DNA of 64,000 nt. Source: Candidatus Limnocylindrales bacterium. GTDB taxonomy: Bacteria > Chloroflexota > Limnocylindria > Limnocylindrales > CSP1-4. Each line of letters starts with the position of its first letter. The first letter of the stretch is position 1. The notes beneath the pieces were generated by a model. The model saw only the letters and a list, made by a program, of their open reading frames with translations, was not told where the DNA came from and did no database searches. Positions 27,190 through 39,527 of the stretch are shown here, piece by piece. The DNA lies in the NCBI GenBank assembly GCA_046593725.1, contig JBKJQY010000088.1, forward strand, positions 8,623 to 72,622, read 5' to 3'. The translations under genes were made by a program, and so were the position numbers.

Positions 27190-28752
27190 ATGAGTCCAGC
27201 ACCGTTCGCCCGCGTCCTCATCGCCAATCGTGGTGAGATCGCCGTCCGCCTGATCCGGGGTTGCCACGAATTGGGGATGGAGGCGGTCGCGGTGTACAGC
27301 GACGCTGACGCCGATGCGATGCACGTCGCGATGGCCGACATGGCGGTCCGTCTCGGGCCACCGGCGCCAGCGGAGAGCTACCTGCGGATCGATCGGATCA
27401 TCGAGGCGGCCATGACGACCGGCTGCGGTGCGATCCATCCCGGATACGGGTTCCTTGCCGAGCGGGCGGCGTTCGCGAAGGCCGCCGAAGAGGCCGGCAT
27501 CGCCTTCGTCGGACCGTCGTCCGGGGCGATCGATGCGCTCGGGGACAAGTTGCACGCCAGGCGTCTGGCGCGCTCCATCGGGGTCGAGCCGGTGCCCGGA
27601 ACCCTGGAGCCGGCTCCGGTGGATCGCCCTGACGCCGTCGCCCGGATCGTGGAGGAGGCCGAGGAGATCGGCTTCCCCCTCCTGGTCAAGGCAGCAGCGG
27701 GCGGTGGGGGACGGGGGATGCGCCGTGTCACCGCAGCCCGAGACCTGCCTGCCGCGCTGTCGGCGGCCTCGGCGGAAGCGCTGTCGGCCTTCGGCGATGG
27801 GTCCGTCTATCTTGAGCGCGAACTCCGCCCGGCCAGGCACATCGAGGTCCAACTGTTGGGCGATGCCACGGGACGCGTGGTGGCGCTGGGCGAGCGAGAC
27901 TGCTCAGTCCAGCGGCGCCACCAGAAGCTGGTGGAAGAGGCGCCGGCCCCAGGGCTCACGACTGACGAGCGTCGGACCCTCCATGACCAGGCGGTCCGGA
28001 TCGCCACTGCCGCCGGACTCCGGAACGCCGCCACGGCCGAGTTCCTGCGCTCGCCGGACGGGACGTTCCACTTCCTGGAGGTCAACACCCGGCTCCAGGT
28101 GGAGCACGGAGTCACGGAGTTCGTGACCGGCCTGGATATCGTGCACGAGCAGTTCTGGATCGCGGCCGGCCGGCCTCTGTCGGCGGCCGTGCTTGCCGCG
28201 GCCGACCGCGCCGCCACCCCGAACGGGCACGCTGTGGAGATCCGCCTGACCGCGGAGGACCCGTCGCGCGACTTCCTGCCGACACCCGGCAGGCTGCGCC
28301 GGTGGGTCATGCCGGCCGGTCCGGGTGTCCGGGTGGATACCGGCCTCGCCGATGGCGATCGGATCCCAGCCGAGTACGACAACCTCATCGCCAAGATCAT
28401 GGTCCACGCCGCCGACCGCGATGCTGCCCTGGACCGGCTGGCCCGGGCCCTCGACGAGGTCGAGGTGGCGGGCGTCCAGACGACCCTCCCGTTCCACCGG
28501 TGGGTCGCCCGGGACCCTGGGTTCCGGGCAGCGGACCTCTCGACTGACTGGGTGGGGGAGCGTTGGGACGGCCAGTCCGAGCGGGCCAAGGTCGCCGAGC
28601 GAGCCGCCGCACTGGCCGGGCTGGCGGTCCTCAACGGCTCGTACGGCCCCTCGACGCCGACCCTCGCCCCGGGAAAGGCCGTGACCCCAGCGGCCCAGGA
28701 CGGCTGGGCGCAGGCGGCCCGGGAGGCGGCCGTGGACCGCTGGCCACGATGA
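27190..28752 (+). CDS. accC: Biotin carboxylase subunit of acetyl/propionyl-CoA carboxylase (no fused BCCP)
   Basis: RVLIANRGEIAVRLIRGCHELG, HPGYGFLAE, ATP-grasp GFPLLVKAAAGGGGRGMR, EVNTRLQVEHGVTE. Confidence 0.93.
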   Translation: MSPAPFARVLIANRGEIAVRLIRGCHELGMEAVAVYSDADADAMHVAMADMAVRLGPPAPAESYLRIDRIIEAAMTTGCGAIHPGYGFLAERAAFAKAAEEAGIAFVGPSSGAIDALGDKLHARRLARSIGVEPVPGTLEPAPVDRPDAVARIVEEAEEIGFPLLVKAAAGGGGRGMRRVTAARDLPAALSAASAEALSAFGDGSVYLERELRPARHIEVQLLGDATGRVVALGERDCSVQRRHQKLVEEAPAPGLTTDERRTLHDQAVRIATAAGLRNAATAEFLRSPDGTFHFLEVNTRLQVEHGVTEFVTGLDIVHEQFWIAAGRPLSAAVLAAADRAATPNGHAVEIRLTAEDPSRDFLPTPGRLRRWVMPAGPGVRVDTGLADGDRIPAEYDNLIAKIMVHAADRDAALDRLARALDEVEVAGVQTTLPFHRWVARDPGFRAADLSTDWVGERWDGQSERAKVAERAAALAGLAVLNGSYGPSTPTLAPGKAVTPAAQDGWAQAAREAAVDRWPR

Positions 28753-29182
28753 AGCGCGCCCTCGTGACCGATCGGATCAGCGGTGAGGCCGTCGCCGAGG
28801 TCACCGGCGAGACGACGGCCTCGGCTCGAGGCGCGGTCGTTCTGCCGGCCGGTCCGTCGCGGGTGGAGGTCGTCGTGGACGGCTGGCGGTTCGAGTTCGA
28901 GGTCGAGGACGCCGATCGGGCGGCCCTTCGAGCCAGGGCAGCCCGCGGCCGCGGAGCGCTGGCGCAGCACGGCCCCACCGATGTCCGTGCCATCATCCCG
29001 GGGCGCGTCCTCACGGTCGCGGTGGTTCCGGGCGATAGTGTCACGACCGGCCAGCAGCTCCTCACCGTGGAGGCGATGAAGATGCAGAACGAGCTCCGCT
29101 CGCCACGCGATGGCATCGTCCAGCGAGTGAACGTCGGGCCCGGGTCCACCGTGGAGCCCGGCGACGTCCTGGTGGTCCTCGA

Positions 29183-29186
<4 letters not shown>
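28749..29186 (+). CDS. Biotin carboxyl carrier / biotinyl-domain protein
   Basis: C-terminal [21 protein letters not shown] (biotinyl-lysine AMKM motif). ATGA overlap with accC. Confidence 0.85.
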
Positions 29187-30877
<1,691 letters not shown>

Positions 30878-30899
30878 TGAGCTGAGTACGCTGGATGCC

Positions 30900-31364
30900 A
30901 TGACGCCAACCACCCGGGTTCCCCAGCACATCCGCCAGCTCGGCAAGGTCCACCACGTCGCGCTCATCGTGTCCTCGATCGAGCCGGCCCTGACGCTCTG
31001 GCGCGACCTGCTCGGGCTCGAGCTCGAGACGGTAATGGACATCCCGCAGGATCGCGTCCGGATCGCGTTCCTGGGCGTGGGCGAGTCCAAGATCGAGCTG
31101 GTGGAGCCCACGGACGATACGACCGGTGTTGCCCGATTCCTCGCCACCAAGGGCGAGGGCTTCCATCATGTGTGCTTCGAGGTGGACGACCTCTCGGAGA
31201 CGCTCCTCCGCCTTGGGATCGATGGCGTCGAGCTCATCGACAGCGCTCCTCGCCGAGGTGCCGAAGGCCCGGTGGCGTTCCTGCACCCGCGCTCCTGCCG
31301 GGGTGTGCTGGTCGAACTCATCGAGGCGCCCGGCGGTCCGTCGTGGAAGACTCTGGGGTACTAG
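30900..31364 (+). CDS. mce: Methylmalonyl-CoA epimerase (VOC/glyoxalase fold)
   Basis: VHHVALIVSSIEPALTLWRDLLGLE..., IELVEPTDDTTGVARFLATKGEGFHHVCFEVDD, FLHPRSCRGVLVELIE. Confidence 0.88.
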   Translation: MTPTTRVPQHIRQLGKVHHVALIVSSIEPALTLWRDLLGLELETVMDIPQDRVRIAFLGVGESKIELVEPTDDTTGVARFLATKGEGFHHVCFEVDDLSETLLRLGIDGVELIDSAPRRGAEGPVAFLHPRSCRGVLVELIEAPGGPSWKTLGY

Positions 31365-31401
31365 GCCCGCGGGCCCTCAGCCCGCCCAGCCCGCCCAGGC
31401 C

Positions 31402-31519
31402 GCCTGCTCAGAGCCCGAGGAATCGGGCGATGTGGACCCACTCGGCTCGAAACGCCTGCTCAGAGCCTGCATTCGCCTAAAACCGGGCTCTCTCCCGCTC
31501 GAAACACCCGCTCAGAGCC
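31402..31519. repeat. Three copies of a GCTCAGAGCC-anchored repeat with exact 52-bp periodicity
   Basis: GCCTGCTCAGAGCC (31402-31415), GGCTCGAAACGCCTGCTCAGAGCC (31444-31467), CCGCTCGAAACACCCGCTCAGAGCC (31495-31519). Confidence 0.7.
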
Positions 31520-31690
31520 AGCACGCGCGCCGAAGTGACCTCGCTTCGCCCAGGATCTCGGGCTGTGAGCAGGCGCCAGCGTAAAACGCACCCTTAACCC
31601 GACCGGCTTCGTCGTCCTCGGCGTGGATCTGCGTCCAGATGTCCCACAGTCGCTGGTTGGCCGCGGTCGCCCCGTCCGCGGTCGTCGCCA

Positions 31691-32164
31691 CTAGAGCGAC
31701 CAGACGAAGAGCACATCCGGCGCGGCGTCGGCCGATCGGCAGAAGGTCACCACTTGCGACGCCAGGTCGCGGATCCACGGCTTCTCTTCGCGCGGGAGCA
31801 TGCCAAGCTCCTCCTCGACGAGGTCGATCCAACGACCAGCGATCGAGCCCACAGACCCGTCCGCGATGCGCGCGACCGCCGTCACCCACGCTGGATCGAC
31901 ACGTTCCACCGTAAGCCCGGCATCGTCGGTCCCGGGCCCGTCCAGCTCCAGCCGCGCATCCAGGAAGTCCACCGGCTCGTCTTGGCCGGTGACGGTCCGG
32001 ACCGCCTCGCTGAACAGGTCCAACCACGTGGGGTCCAGGCCGCCGCCGAGCGCGAGATGCGCCCGGAACCGGGTCCGGTCGTCCAGTCCGACCATGTCGT
32101 CCGTACCGATCGCCAGCAGGATCTCGCGCGCATCGCCGGCGATGAGGTCCATCAGCCGGCTCAC
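31691..32164 (-). CDS. Hypothetical acidic protein, co-transcribed with a DinB-family gene
   Basis: 157-aa ORF with GTGA start/stop overlap with the upstream DinB gene and normal composition (D/E/L/V rich). The overlapping 233-aa ORF in another frame is Arg/Pro/Gly junk. Confidence 0.55.
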   Translation of the reverse strand: MSRLMDLIAGDAREILLAIGTDDMVGLDDRTRFRAHLALGGGLDPTWLDLFSEAVRTVTGQDEPVDFLDARLELDGPGTDDAGLTVERVDPAWVTAVARIADGSVGSIAGRWIDLVEEELGMLPREEKPWIRDLASQVVTFCRSADAAPDVLFVWSL

Positions 32165-32640
32165 GTGCGGGGCGCCACGAGCTCTTCAGCGTAGTTGATG
32201 AGATCGAGCTCACCCGGGGAGTGCCCTTCGGCGGTCAGGAGGGCGGCGGCCTCGGATCGGTGCTGGGTCGAGTGGTTCACGACATGAACCAGCATCACCC
32301 AGACCGGGACGCCCTCATGGGCATATGCCAGGAGGCCGTCGGTGATAGTCGGCATCCAGGCATCGACGGCGGCCCACTCGGCCTCCCAGCGGGCACGTAG
32401 CTCGTCGATCGAGAGCAGCTGCTCATCCTCGGGGCTGGGCTCTTCGCCGGTGTCGGCGATGGCGTGGCGCCAGCGCTGCGCGGCGCCCAGCTGGTGGACC
32501 AGGATGCCGCCAAGGCCGCGCTCGTCCAGGACGTTCGTGCGCGCCCAGATGGTCAGGTCGAGACCGTCGACGACGGCGAGCACGCGGCGTGTAGCCCAGC
32601 GGTCGTAATCGAAGAGCGTGTGGATCTCGTCGGGGTGCAT
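32161..32640 (-). CDS. DinB-family (four-helix bundle, metal-dependent) protein
   Basis: LFDYDRWATRRVLAVVDGL..., ILVHQLGAAQRW..., VVNHSTQHRSEAAALL, the DinB/YfiT His-triad pattern. Confidence 0.8.
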   Translation of the reverse strand: MHPDEIHTLFDYDRWATRRVLAVVDGLDLTIWARTNVLDERGLGGILVHQLGAAQRWRHAIADTGEEPSPEDEQLLSIDELRARWEAEWAAVDAWMPTITDGLLAYAHEGVPVWVMLVHVVNHSTQHRSEAAALLTAEGHSPGELDLINYAEELVAPRT

Positions 32641-32663
32641 GAGGCCTCCATCGCCGTCGTAGC

Positions 32664-33548
32664 CTAGCCGCGGTAGCCGGCGTCCCGCAGGAGCGCTGGG
32701 AGTTCGGTGGGGGAGCCGGCGACACGGAATCCGGCGGCCTCGAGGGCCTCGACCTTGGACGCGGCCGTGCCGGCCCCGCCTGAGATGATCGCGCCGGCAT
32801 GCCCCATCCGCTTGCCTTCCGGAGCCGTCCGCCCCGCGATGAAGGCGACCTTCGGGATGTCGCGCAGGTGTTCAACGGCCCATGCTGCGGCCGTTTCCTC
32901 GGCGGCGCCGCCGATCTCGCCGATGAGCACGATCGCGTCCGTCTCGTCGTCGCTCGCGAATAGCTGGAGGATGTCCAGGAACGTCGAGCCGATGATCGGG
33001 TCGCCGCCGATGCCCACGCACGTGGACTGGCCGAGACCGGCGTCCGTCATCGCCTGGACCGCCTCGTACGTGAGCGTGCCGGAGCGACTTACCACGCCGA
33101 CGCGGCCTTCAAGATGGATCGGACCCGGGATGATCCCGACCTTGGCCCGTCCCGGCGACGTCGCGCCCGGGCAGTTCGGTCCGATCAGCCGGGCACCAGC
33201 CCGCTTCACGGCCTCGGCGACCGGGATCATGTCGAGGGCCGGGATGCCCTCGGTGATGCAGAAGATCGTCTCGATCCCGGCGCTGGCCGCCTCCAGCACG
33301 GCATCCGGCGCGCCCGCCGCCGGGACGAAGATGCAGGACGTGTTCGCGCCGGTCTCGCGGATGGCGTCGGCGACGGTATCGAAGACGGGCACGGCGCCGT
33401 CCAGCGCCCGCTGCCCGCCCTTGCCCGGGGTGACGCCCGCGACGATGGCCGTCCCGTACTCGGCCATCGCGCGGCTGTGGAACTCACCCTCGCGACCGGT
33501 GATGCCCTGGACGACGAGCCGGGTCTCGCGACCCACGAGGATGCTCAT
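32664..33548 (-). CDS. sucD: Succinate--CoA ligase (ADP-forming) subunit alpha
   Basis: [42 protein letters not shown], phospho-His region [10 protein letters not shown]. Confidence 0.96.
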   Translation of the reverse strand: MSILVGRETRLVVQGITGREGEFHSRAMAEYGTAIVAGVTPGKGGQRALDGAVPVFDTVADAIRETGANTSCIFVPAAGAPDAVLEAASAGIETIFCITEGIPALDMIPVAEAVKRAGARLIGPNCPGATSPGRAKVGIIPGPIHLEGRVGVVSRSGTLTYEAVQAMTDAGLGQSTCVGIGGDPIIGSTFLDILQLFASDDETDAIVLIGEIGGAAEETAAAWAVEHLRDIPKVAFIAGRTAPEGKRMGHAGAIISGGAGTAASKVEALEAAGFRVAGSPTELPALLRDAGYRG

Positions 33549-34720
33549 GCGTTGGTGCCTCGGGTGGCGGCGACCGCCTTGGCCGCTGCCTCGTCGAGCG
33601 AGGCTGCCGTCGCGAAATGGGCCTCTTCGAGGAGCGTGGCTGCCTCGGCTGCATTCGTGCCCACGATCCGGACGACCATCGGAACGTCCCGTTCCTGGAC
33701 CGCGCGGGCCTCGATCAGGCCACGCGCGACCTCGTCGCCGCGGGTGATGCCACCGAAGATGTTGACCAGGATCGCGTCCACCTTCGGGTCCGCCAGGATG
33801 ATCCGCATCGCGGTCGCCACCTTGTCCGCCCGCGCGCCGCCACCGATGTCGAGGAAGTTTGCCGGCTCGCCACCGGCCCGCTTGACGAGATCCATCGTGG
33901 TCATCGCGAGCCCCGCGCCGTTTACCATGCAGCCGATCGTGCCATCGAGCTTGATGAAGGTGAGCCCAGCCTCACGTGCCTCGCGGTCCGCCGGGTCCTC
34001 CTCGTCGGGGTCCCGCAATGATTCCAGCTGCGGGTGGCGGGCCAGCGCGGAGTCGTCCAGGGTGACCTTGGCGTCCAGGCAGACGAGCCGCTCCACGACG
34101 GCCCCGTCCGGTCCAGTCTCCTTGACGATCGCGAGCGGGTTGATCTCGACCAGGTCCGCGTCGTACGCGAGCATCGTGCGCACGAGGCCCTTGGCGATCG
34201 CCACCGCAGCCTTGAGATGCCCACCAAGACCCATCGCGAAGGCGAATTCGCGCGCCTGGAAGTCGAGCAGGCCCAGCATCGGGTCCGCGTGGTGACGGAT
34301 GATCGCCTCGGGATGGTCCACGGCGACCTGTTCGATCTCCACGCCGCCCTCTGCCGAGCCCATCAGCAGGATCTGCCTGGCGGCACGGTCCAGGACCGCC
34401 GCCATGTAGTACTCGCGAGCGATGTCGGCGGCTGCTGCGACCAGCACCTTGCGGACGGTGATGCCCTTGATCTCCATGCCGATGATCGCTCTCGCGACCC
34501 GCTCCGCCTCATCCGTACTCGCGGCGAGCTTGACGCCGCCGGCTTTGCCGCGACCACCCACGAGGACCTGTGCCTTGATCACGACCGCTCCGGCACCCGT
34601 GGCCAGGATCCGTTCCGCCGCCGCGCGCGCCTGCGCCGGCGTGTGGGCGACCTCCCAAACCGGGACCGGCAGGCCCTGCGCGAGCAGCAGCGATTTGGCG
34701 TCGGCTTCCTGGATCTTCAC
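33545..34720 (-). CDS. sucC: Succinate--CoA ligase (ADP-forming) subunit beta
   Basis: [58 protein letters not shown]. 4-bp overlap with sucD. Confidence 0.96.
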   Translation of the reverse strand: MKIQEADAKSLLLAQGLPVPVWEVAHTPAQARAAAERILATGAGAVVIKAQVLVGGRGKAGGVKLAASTDEAERVARAIIGMEIKGITVRKVLVAAAADIAREYYMAAVLDRAARQILLMGSAEGGVEIEQVAVDHPEAIIRHHADPMLGLLDFQAREFAFAMGLGGHLKAAVAIAKGLVRTMLAYDADLVEINPLAIVKETGPDGAVVERLVCLDAKVTLDDSALARHPQLESLRDPDEEDPADREAREAGLTFIKLDGTIGCMVNGAGLAMTTMDLVKRAGGEPANFLDIGGGARADKVATAMRIILADPKVDAILVNIFGGITRGDEVARGLIEARAVQERDVPMVVRIVGTNAAEAATLLEEAHFATAASLDEAAAKAVAATRGTNA

Positions 34721-34798
34721 GCGATGGAGGCTCCGGGCTTCGAGGCGGGCCTGGTTCGGGGGAACGTGATGGTACCGCCCCAGACGTCGCCCGGTCGA

Positions 34799-35698
34799 TC
34801 AGGCTCCGGGGCGAAGTCCGTCGATCAGTCCGCCCAGCGTGGCAGCCTCCTCGGCCGTCAAGTCGAGTTGCGGCGCCCGGACCGGTCCAGTCGATAGGCC
34901 CACCTGGCGACAGGCGGCCTTCACAGCGGCCGCGTAATCGGTCGACTCGAGGAAGGCGCAGATCGGCCAGATCTTCGACCACAGGGCCCGGGCCGCCACG
35001 AGGTCCAGTTCCTCGATGAGCAGGCGGTGCAACGCGACGCACTCGGCCGGGATGAACGAGGCGGCACCCCACACGATGCCGCGCACGCCGGCGGCCAACG
35101 CCGCGAATGTCAGCGTGTCGTAGCCGTTGAGCAGGGTGGGCAGGTCGTCCCCTGTCTGGAGGAACGCCGTGGCCGCGATCTGGTCGCCCCCGGTGTCCTT
35201 GAGGGTCGTCACGCCGGCGACCCGCTTGAGCTCGGCGAGGCGGTCGACGGTCAACGCGACGCCGGAAGCCGAGGGGAGGTTGTAGTACATGATCGGGATC
35301 GAGATCGCGTCGGCGACCGCGGCGAAATGCGCCACGACCTCGCGCCACAGGAGCGGCGTGTAGTACGGCGGGACGATCATCACGGCCGTCGCGCCGGTCG
35401 CCTCAGCGTGCGCGCTGAGCGCGACGGTCTCGGCCGTGGACATCGCCCCGGTATGGGGGATCGTCGGGACGCGTCCGTCCGCCGTGCCGATGACCCGCTC
35501 CGTCACGAACCGACGCTCGTCCGCCGTCAAGGTCGTGAACTCGCCGGTACTGCCATTGGGGACCAGGCCGGTCACGCCCGCGACGATGCATCGTTCCACG
35601 AGCGCATCGAGGGCAGCCCCGTCCACGGCCGACCCATCCGGCGTGAACGGCGTAATGAGGGCGGGCATGACGCCCTCGAAGGAGACGGGCTCGGTCAC
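34799..35698 (-). CDS. Dihydrodipicolinate synthase/N-acetylneuraminate lyase family (DapA-like) aldolase
   Basis: MPALITPFTPDGSAVDGAALDALVERCIVAGVTGLVPNGSTGEFTTLT, YYNLP, TLKDTGGD (Schiff-base Lys). GTG 35698 follows GAGAGG; ATG 35668 is the alternative start. Confidence 0.82.
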   Translation of the reverse strand: MTEPVSFEGVMPALITPFTPDGSAVDGAALDALVERCIVAGVTGLVPNGSTGEFTTLTADERRFVTERVIGTADGRVPTIPHTGAMSTAETVALSAHAEATGATAVMIVPPYYTPLLWREVVAHFAAVADAISIPIMYYNLPSASGVALTVDRLAELKRVAGVTTLKDTGGDQIAATAFLQTGDDLPTLLNGYDTLTFAALAAGVRGIVWGAASFIPAECVALHRLLIEELDLVAARALWSKIWPICAFLESTDYAAAVKAACRQVGLSTGPVRAPQLDLTAEEAATLGGLIDGLRPGA

Positions 35699-35843
35699 AC
35701 GAAACCTCTCGACTGCGCTCGGTGTACGGCCAGACAAGCATGACGCACGCGGCGAGCGACCGAATCTGGAACGAAGCGCTGCGCTTGCCTCGCCATACTC
35801 AGTGAGCCCGGCCACATGAGCCGTGCCGCCGCCGAGGCGCGAG

Positions 35844-36401
35844 ATGGAGCTGGAACTCGTGGAGCGAGCGCGACGGGGCGATCATGACGCCTTCGCCTTG
35901 CTGGCAGGCGCCGCGATCTCCCGGCTGGACGCAGCCGCCCGGCTCATCCTGCGCGATCCCGATCAGGCCAAGGACGCCGTCCAGGAGACGCTCGTCCGGA
36001 CCTGGCGGGACCTGCCCACGTTGCGCGATCCCGCTCGCTTCGACGCCTGGCTCCACCGGTTGCTCGTGCACGCCTGTATCGATGAGGCGCGCCGGCTCCG
36101 ACGACACCGCTTCGACGTCGAACTCAGCCCTCTCGACATCCACAGCGTCGCCGACGGCACGTCGACGACCGCCGATCGCGACCAGCTCGAGCGCGGCTTC
36201 AGCCGTCTCGAGCCGGACGCCCGGGCCCTCATCGTCCTGCACCATTACCTCGACCTGCCACTGCCGGAGGTCGCCAACGCGCTCGGGATCCCGCTCGGTA
36301 CGGCGAAATCGCGCCTCCACCGGGCCCTCCAGTCCATGCGAGCGGCGCTCGATGCCGACGCCCGGCTTCAGCACGAAGTCACGGAGGGCCATCTCGCATG
36401 A
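35844..36401 (+). CDS. ECF (group 4) RNA polymerase sigma factor
   Basis: LVERARRGDHDAFALL, AKDAVQETLVRTWRDLPTLRDPARFDAWLHRL, LPEVANALGIPLGTAKSRLHRA. Confidence 0.9.
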   Translation: MELELVERARRGDHDAFALLAGAAISRLDAAARLILRDPDQAKDAVQETLVRTWRDLPTLRDPARFDAWLHRLLVHACIDEARRLRRHRFDVELSPLDIHSVADGTSTTADRDQLERGFSRLEPDARALIVLHHYLDLPLPEVANALGIPLGTAKSRLHRALQSMRAALDADARLQHEVTEGHLA

Positions 36402-37654
36402 GCGCGAACGACGGCTTCGACCGCCTCGTCACAGGCTGGCTCCACGATCATGCCGGGCTGGGAACGCCCGACTACCTCGACGAGACCCTGTCCCTGACGA
36501 CGCATCTCCGACAGCGACCGGCATGGTCGAGCCTTGAAAGGTGGCTTCCCATGCAGACGACGCTTCGTCTAACGCCCGTCCTCAGGATCGCCGTGCTGCT
36601 CGTCCTGATTGCCCTGCTCGCCGTGCTCGGCGTGGCGGTCCTCACCGTGGGCTCGCGAGCCCACACGCTCCCGCCGCCTTTTGGTCCCGCCCGAAACGGG
36701 GCGATCCTGTACGGGGCGACGGACAACGACGTCTACCGCCTCGATCCGGTCAGCGGTGCCGCGACGGCGTTGATCGCGGGATCGACGAGGGACAGCGCCC
36801 CATGGCTCTCGCCCGATGGGACCCAGTTCCTCTTCCTGCGCGACGCGGTACCCGACCCCGCCACGGATGGGAAGACGGCGACCATCATCGTGGCCGCCTC
36901 CGATGGCACGGGTGTCCGGCCGTTGACCGGCAGGCTCGACAGCATCCTGGACGTCGCCTGGTCCCATGACGGAACCCGTGTCGCCGTCTCCGCGTACGTC
37001 GGCGGGACGCCGACCCTCCAGCTGTTCACAGTGGTCGGCCAGAGCCAGCCGCTCGTGATCGACACCGGTGGGATGGCGACGAGCTATCTCGCCTTCCGGC
37101 CCGGCGATCGCGAGGTGACGTTCCTCGGGACAAAGGGTGACGTTAACGGGCTATTTGCGGTCGGCGTCGATGGACACGGGCTGCGGACAATCGTGCCTCG
37201 TGATGTCCAGGACCGCGGGATTCTGTCGCCTGACGGCACGAAGATCGCGTACCTGGTCTGGGATGGCAGCACCGGCACCGTCCACGTCGCCGACGTGGCG
37301 ACCGGCCGCGACACGATCCCAGCGGTCGATCCACCGTCCGGTGGCGGCGTGATCGATGACGTCTTTGGCTGGTCGCCGGATGGCAGCCGGCTGATGTTCG
37401 GCAGGTTTCACGGCAGCACCACGTTCCATCTCGCCGTGGTGCCGTCAAGCGGCGGCCGCGTCGTCGAGGTCGGACCGGGCAGGACCACCACATTGACGGA
37501 CTACGCCCAGTTCAGCCCCGACGGGACGTCCGTCCTCGCGTACTACGGCATCGACAAGTCGACGTGGCTCCTCGATCCGACGGGGACGATCCCCGATCGA
37601 AAGCTCTCGGCGACCATCGCCGCGCGCGCTGCCTGGGAGCGCCTCGCGCCATAG
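36398..37654 (+). CDS. Single-pass membrane protein with TolB-like (PD40/WD40-like) beta-propeller; likely ECF-sigma partner
   Basis: ATGA overlap with the sigma gene. [24 protein letters not shown]. Repeated 'SPDG(T/S)...' blades ([52 protein letters not shown]). Confidence 0.7.
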   Translation: MSANDGFDRLVTGWLHDHAGLGTPDYLDETLSLTTHLRQRPAWSSLERWLPMQTTLRLTPVLRIAVLLVLIALLAVLGVAVLTVGSRAHTLPPPFGPARNGAILYGATDNDVYRLDPVSGAATALIAGSTRDSAPWLSPDGTQFLFLRDAVPDPATDGKTATIIVAASDGTGVRPLTGRLDSILDVAWSHDGTRVAVSAYVGGTPTLQLFTVVGQSQPLVIDTGGMATSYLAFRPGDREVTFLGTKGDVNGLFAVGVDGHGLRTIVPRDVQDRGILSPDGTKIAYLVWDGSTGTVHVADVATGRDTIPAVDPPSGGGVIDDVFGWSPDGSRLMFGRFHGSTTFHLAVVPSSGGRVVEVGPGRTTTLTDYAQFSPDGTSVLAYYGIDKSTWLLDPTGTIPDRKLSATIAARAAWERLAP

Positions 37655-37722
37655 CCCGAGCCTGCCGACGGCCGCCTCGTCCATCCAGGGCGGGGCGGCC
37701 GCCGTCGTTCCGGCTGCCTCGC

Positions 37723-37728
37723 TACAAT
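37723..37728 (+). promoter_or_regulatory. Candidate -10 element (TACAAT) for a leaderless IDH-sdh transcript
   Basis: TACAAT ends 6 nt before ATG 37735 and no Shine-Dalgarno lies between them. No convincing -35. Confidence 0.3.
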
Positions 37729-37734
37729 CGAGCC

Positions 37735-38742
37735 ATGGCCCACACAGTCACCCTGATCCCCGGCGACGGCATCGGTCCGGAGCTGGCGGAAGCCACACGA
37801 CGCGTGCTCGATGCCTCCGGCGTCGAGTTCGAATGGGAGACCGTGGACGCCGGCGAGGCCGTCATCGCCCAGTACGGCACGCCGCTCCCGGACCACGTCC
37901 TGGAGTCCATCAAGCGCAACAAGGTGGCCATCAAGGGCCCCATCACGACCCCGGTGGGCGAGGGTTTCCGCAGCGTCAACGTCATGCTGCGCCAGGTTCT
38001 GGGGCTGTACGCCAACGTGCGCCCGGCGCGCTCGATCAAGGGCCTCGAGACCCGCTACGAGGACGTGGACCTCGTCATCGTCCGCGAGAACACCGAGGAC
38101 CTGTACGCGGGCATCGAGCACCTGGTCGGCCGTGATGCCGCCGAGAGCATCAAGATCATCACCCGCGAGGCGTCCGAGCGGATCGCTCGCTTCGCCTTCG
38201 AGTACGCCGTCGCCAACGGCCGCCACAAGGTCACGGCGGTCCACAAGGCCAACATCATGAAACTGTCGGACGGCCTGTTCCTCGAGAGCTGCCGCACGGT
38301 CGCGGCTGAGTACGACGGCCGAATCGAGTTCGAGGACCGCATCGTCGACAACATGTGCATGCAGCTCGTCCAGAAGCCGGAGCTGTACGACGTGCTGGTC
38401 CTCCCGAACCTGTATGGCGACATCGTCAGCGACCTGTGCGCCGGACTCGTCGGCGGCCTCGGTGTCGCGCCGGGGGCGAACATCGGCCCCGACTCGGCTG
38501 TGTTCGAGCCCGTGCACGGCTCTGCTCCCAAGTACGCCGGCCTGGACAAGGCCAACCCCACGGCGATGATCCTGTCCGGGGCGCTCATGCTCCGACACCT
38601 CGGCTATCCGACCGAGGCGACCCGACTCGAGGACGCCGTCCGCGACGTCATCGCCGAGGGCGTCTCGACGACCTACGACCTGGGTGGGACCGCCGGTACG
38701 GCGGCCTTCGGGGACGCGATCGTCGCCCGACTGCAACGCTGA
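37735..38742 (+). CDS. Isocitrate/isopropylmalate dehydrogenase family, probably NAD-dependent isocitrate dehydrogenase
   Basis: [54 protein letters not shown]. Stop overlaps the sdhC start (TGATG). Confidence 0.85.
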   Translation: MAHTVTLIPGDGIGPELAEATRRVLDASGVEFEWETVDAGEAVIAQYGTPLPDHVLESIKRNKVAIKGPITTPVGEGFRSVNVMLRQVLGLYANVRPARSIKGLETRYEDVDLVIVRENTEDLYAGIEHLVGRDAAESIKIITREASERIARFAFEYAVANGRHKVTAVHKANIMKLSDGLFLESCRTVAAEYDGRIEFEDRIVDNMCMQLVQKPELYDVLVLPNLYGDIVSDLCAGLVGGLGVAPGANIGPDSAVFEPVHGSAPKYAGLDKANPTAMILSGALMLRHLGYPTEATRLEDAVRDVIAEGVSTTYDLGGTAGTAAFGDAIVARLQR

Positions 38743-39122
38743 TGCTCGTCCGTTACCGCGGCGGCGAAGGGATGCTCGCCTGGGCGTTCCACCGGATCTC
38801 CGGGATCGCCATCTTCGCGTTCCTCGTGCTGCACGTCATCGACATCTTCCTGGTGGGGTTTGCCCCGGGCGTCTACGACACGCTCCTTGGCTTCTACGCC
38901 ACCCCGATCGGGGTCCTCATGGAGTGGTTACTCGGCGCGGCGGTCCTGTACCACGCGCTCAACGGCCTGCGAATCGTGGTCATGGACTTCTGGCCACGGC
39001 TCACCCGCTATCACCGCGGGCTGTGGTATCTCAACTGGATCCTGTTCGCGCTCATCGGTATCCCGGTCACGATCGTCATCGCCGGGCAGTTCTTCCGCGC
39101 TCTCGGCTGGCTCCCGCGATGA
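38742..39122 (+). CDS. sdhC: Succinate dehydrogenase cytochrome b subunit
   Basis: 126-aa three-helix membrane protein (FHRISGIAIFAFLVLHV, AVLYHALNGLRIV), first gene of an sdhCDAB arrangement. Confidence 0.8.
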   Translation: MLVRYRGGEGMLAWAFHRISGIAIFAFLVLHVIDIFLVGFAPGVYDTLLGFYATPIGVLMEWLLGAAVLYHALNGLRIVVMDFWPRLTRYHRGLWYLNWILFALIGIPVTIVIAGQFFRALGWLPR

Positions 39123-39520
39123 GCATCCAGCGGTCGCCTTCCTCTGGTCGGGCGAAGCCCGCCGGCGGCGGTTTCGAGCTTGCCGTCTGGTTCCTCATGC
39201 GGCTGTCCGGGCTCGGGCTGTTCGTCCTCGTCCTCAGCCACTACCTCATCCTGCACGTCCTGTACGACCCGGCCAAGCAGGACGCCTCGTGGATCGCCGA
39301 GTTGCGCTGGAGCAGCGCGTTCTGGCGGGCGTACGACTGGCTGATGCTGACGCTCGTCCTGTTCCACGCATTCATGGGCATGCGTGTCGTCGTTTCGGAT
39401 TACGCGAACGGCCGCGGGCGAACGGTCGTCCTGACCCTGTTGTACCTGTTGGCCGCCGTCCTGTTCGCGATGGGCACGTTCGTCGTGTTCACGTTCGCCA
39501 ACGTCGTCCCGAAAGCCTAG
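39119..39520 (+). CDS. sdhD: Succinate dehydrogenase hydrophobic membrane anchor subunit
   Basis: 133-aa membrane protein ([32 protein letters not shown]). ATGA overlap with sdhC. Confidence 0.75.
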   Translation: MSIQRSPSSGRAKPAGGGFELAVWFLMRLSGLGLFVLVLSHYLILHVLYDPAKQDASWIAELRWSSAFWRAYDWLMLTLVLFHAFMGMRVVVSDYANGRGRTVVLTLLYLLAAVLFAMGTFVVFTFANVVPKA

Positions 39521-39527
39521 GCGTGGG

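Noticed and set aside
31512-32213. 233-aa minus-strand ORF as one gene
   Set aside because: Most of it is Arg/Pro/Gly-rich and overlaps the better 157-aa frame (31691-32164), which is start/stop-coupled to the DinB gene. Only its last ~59 codons look protein-like; these are reported separately as a possible mini-ORF or fragment.
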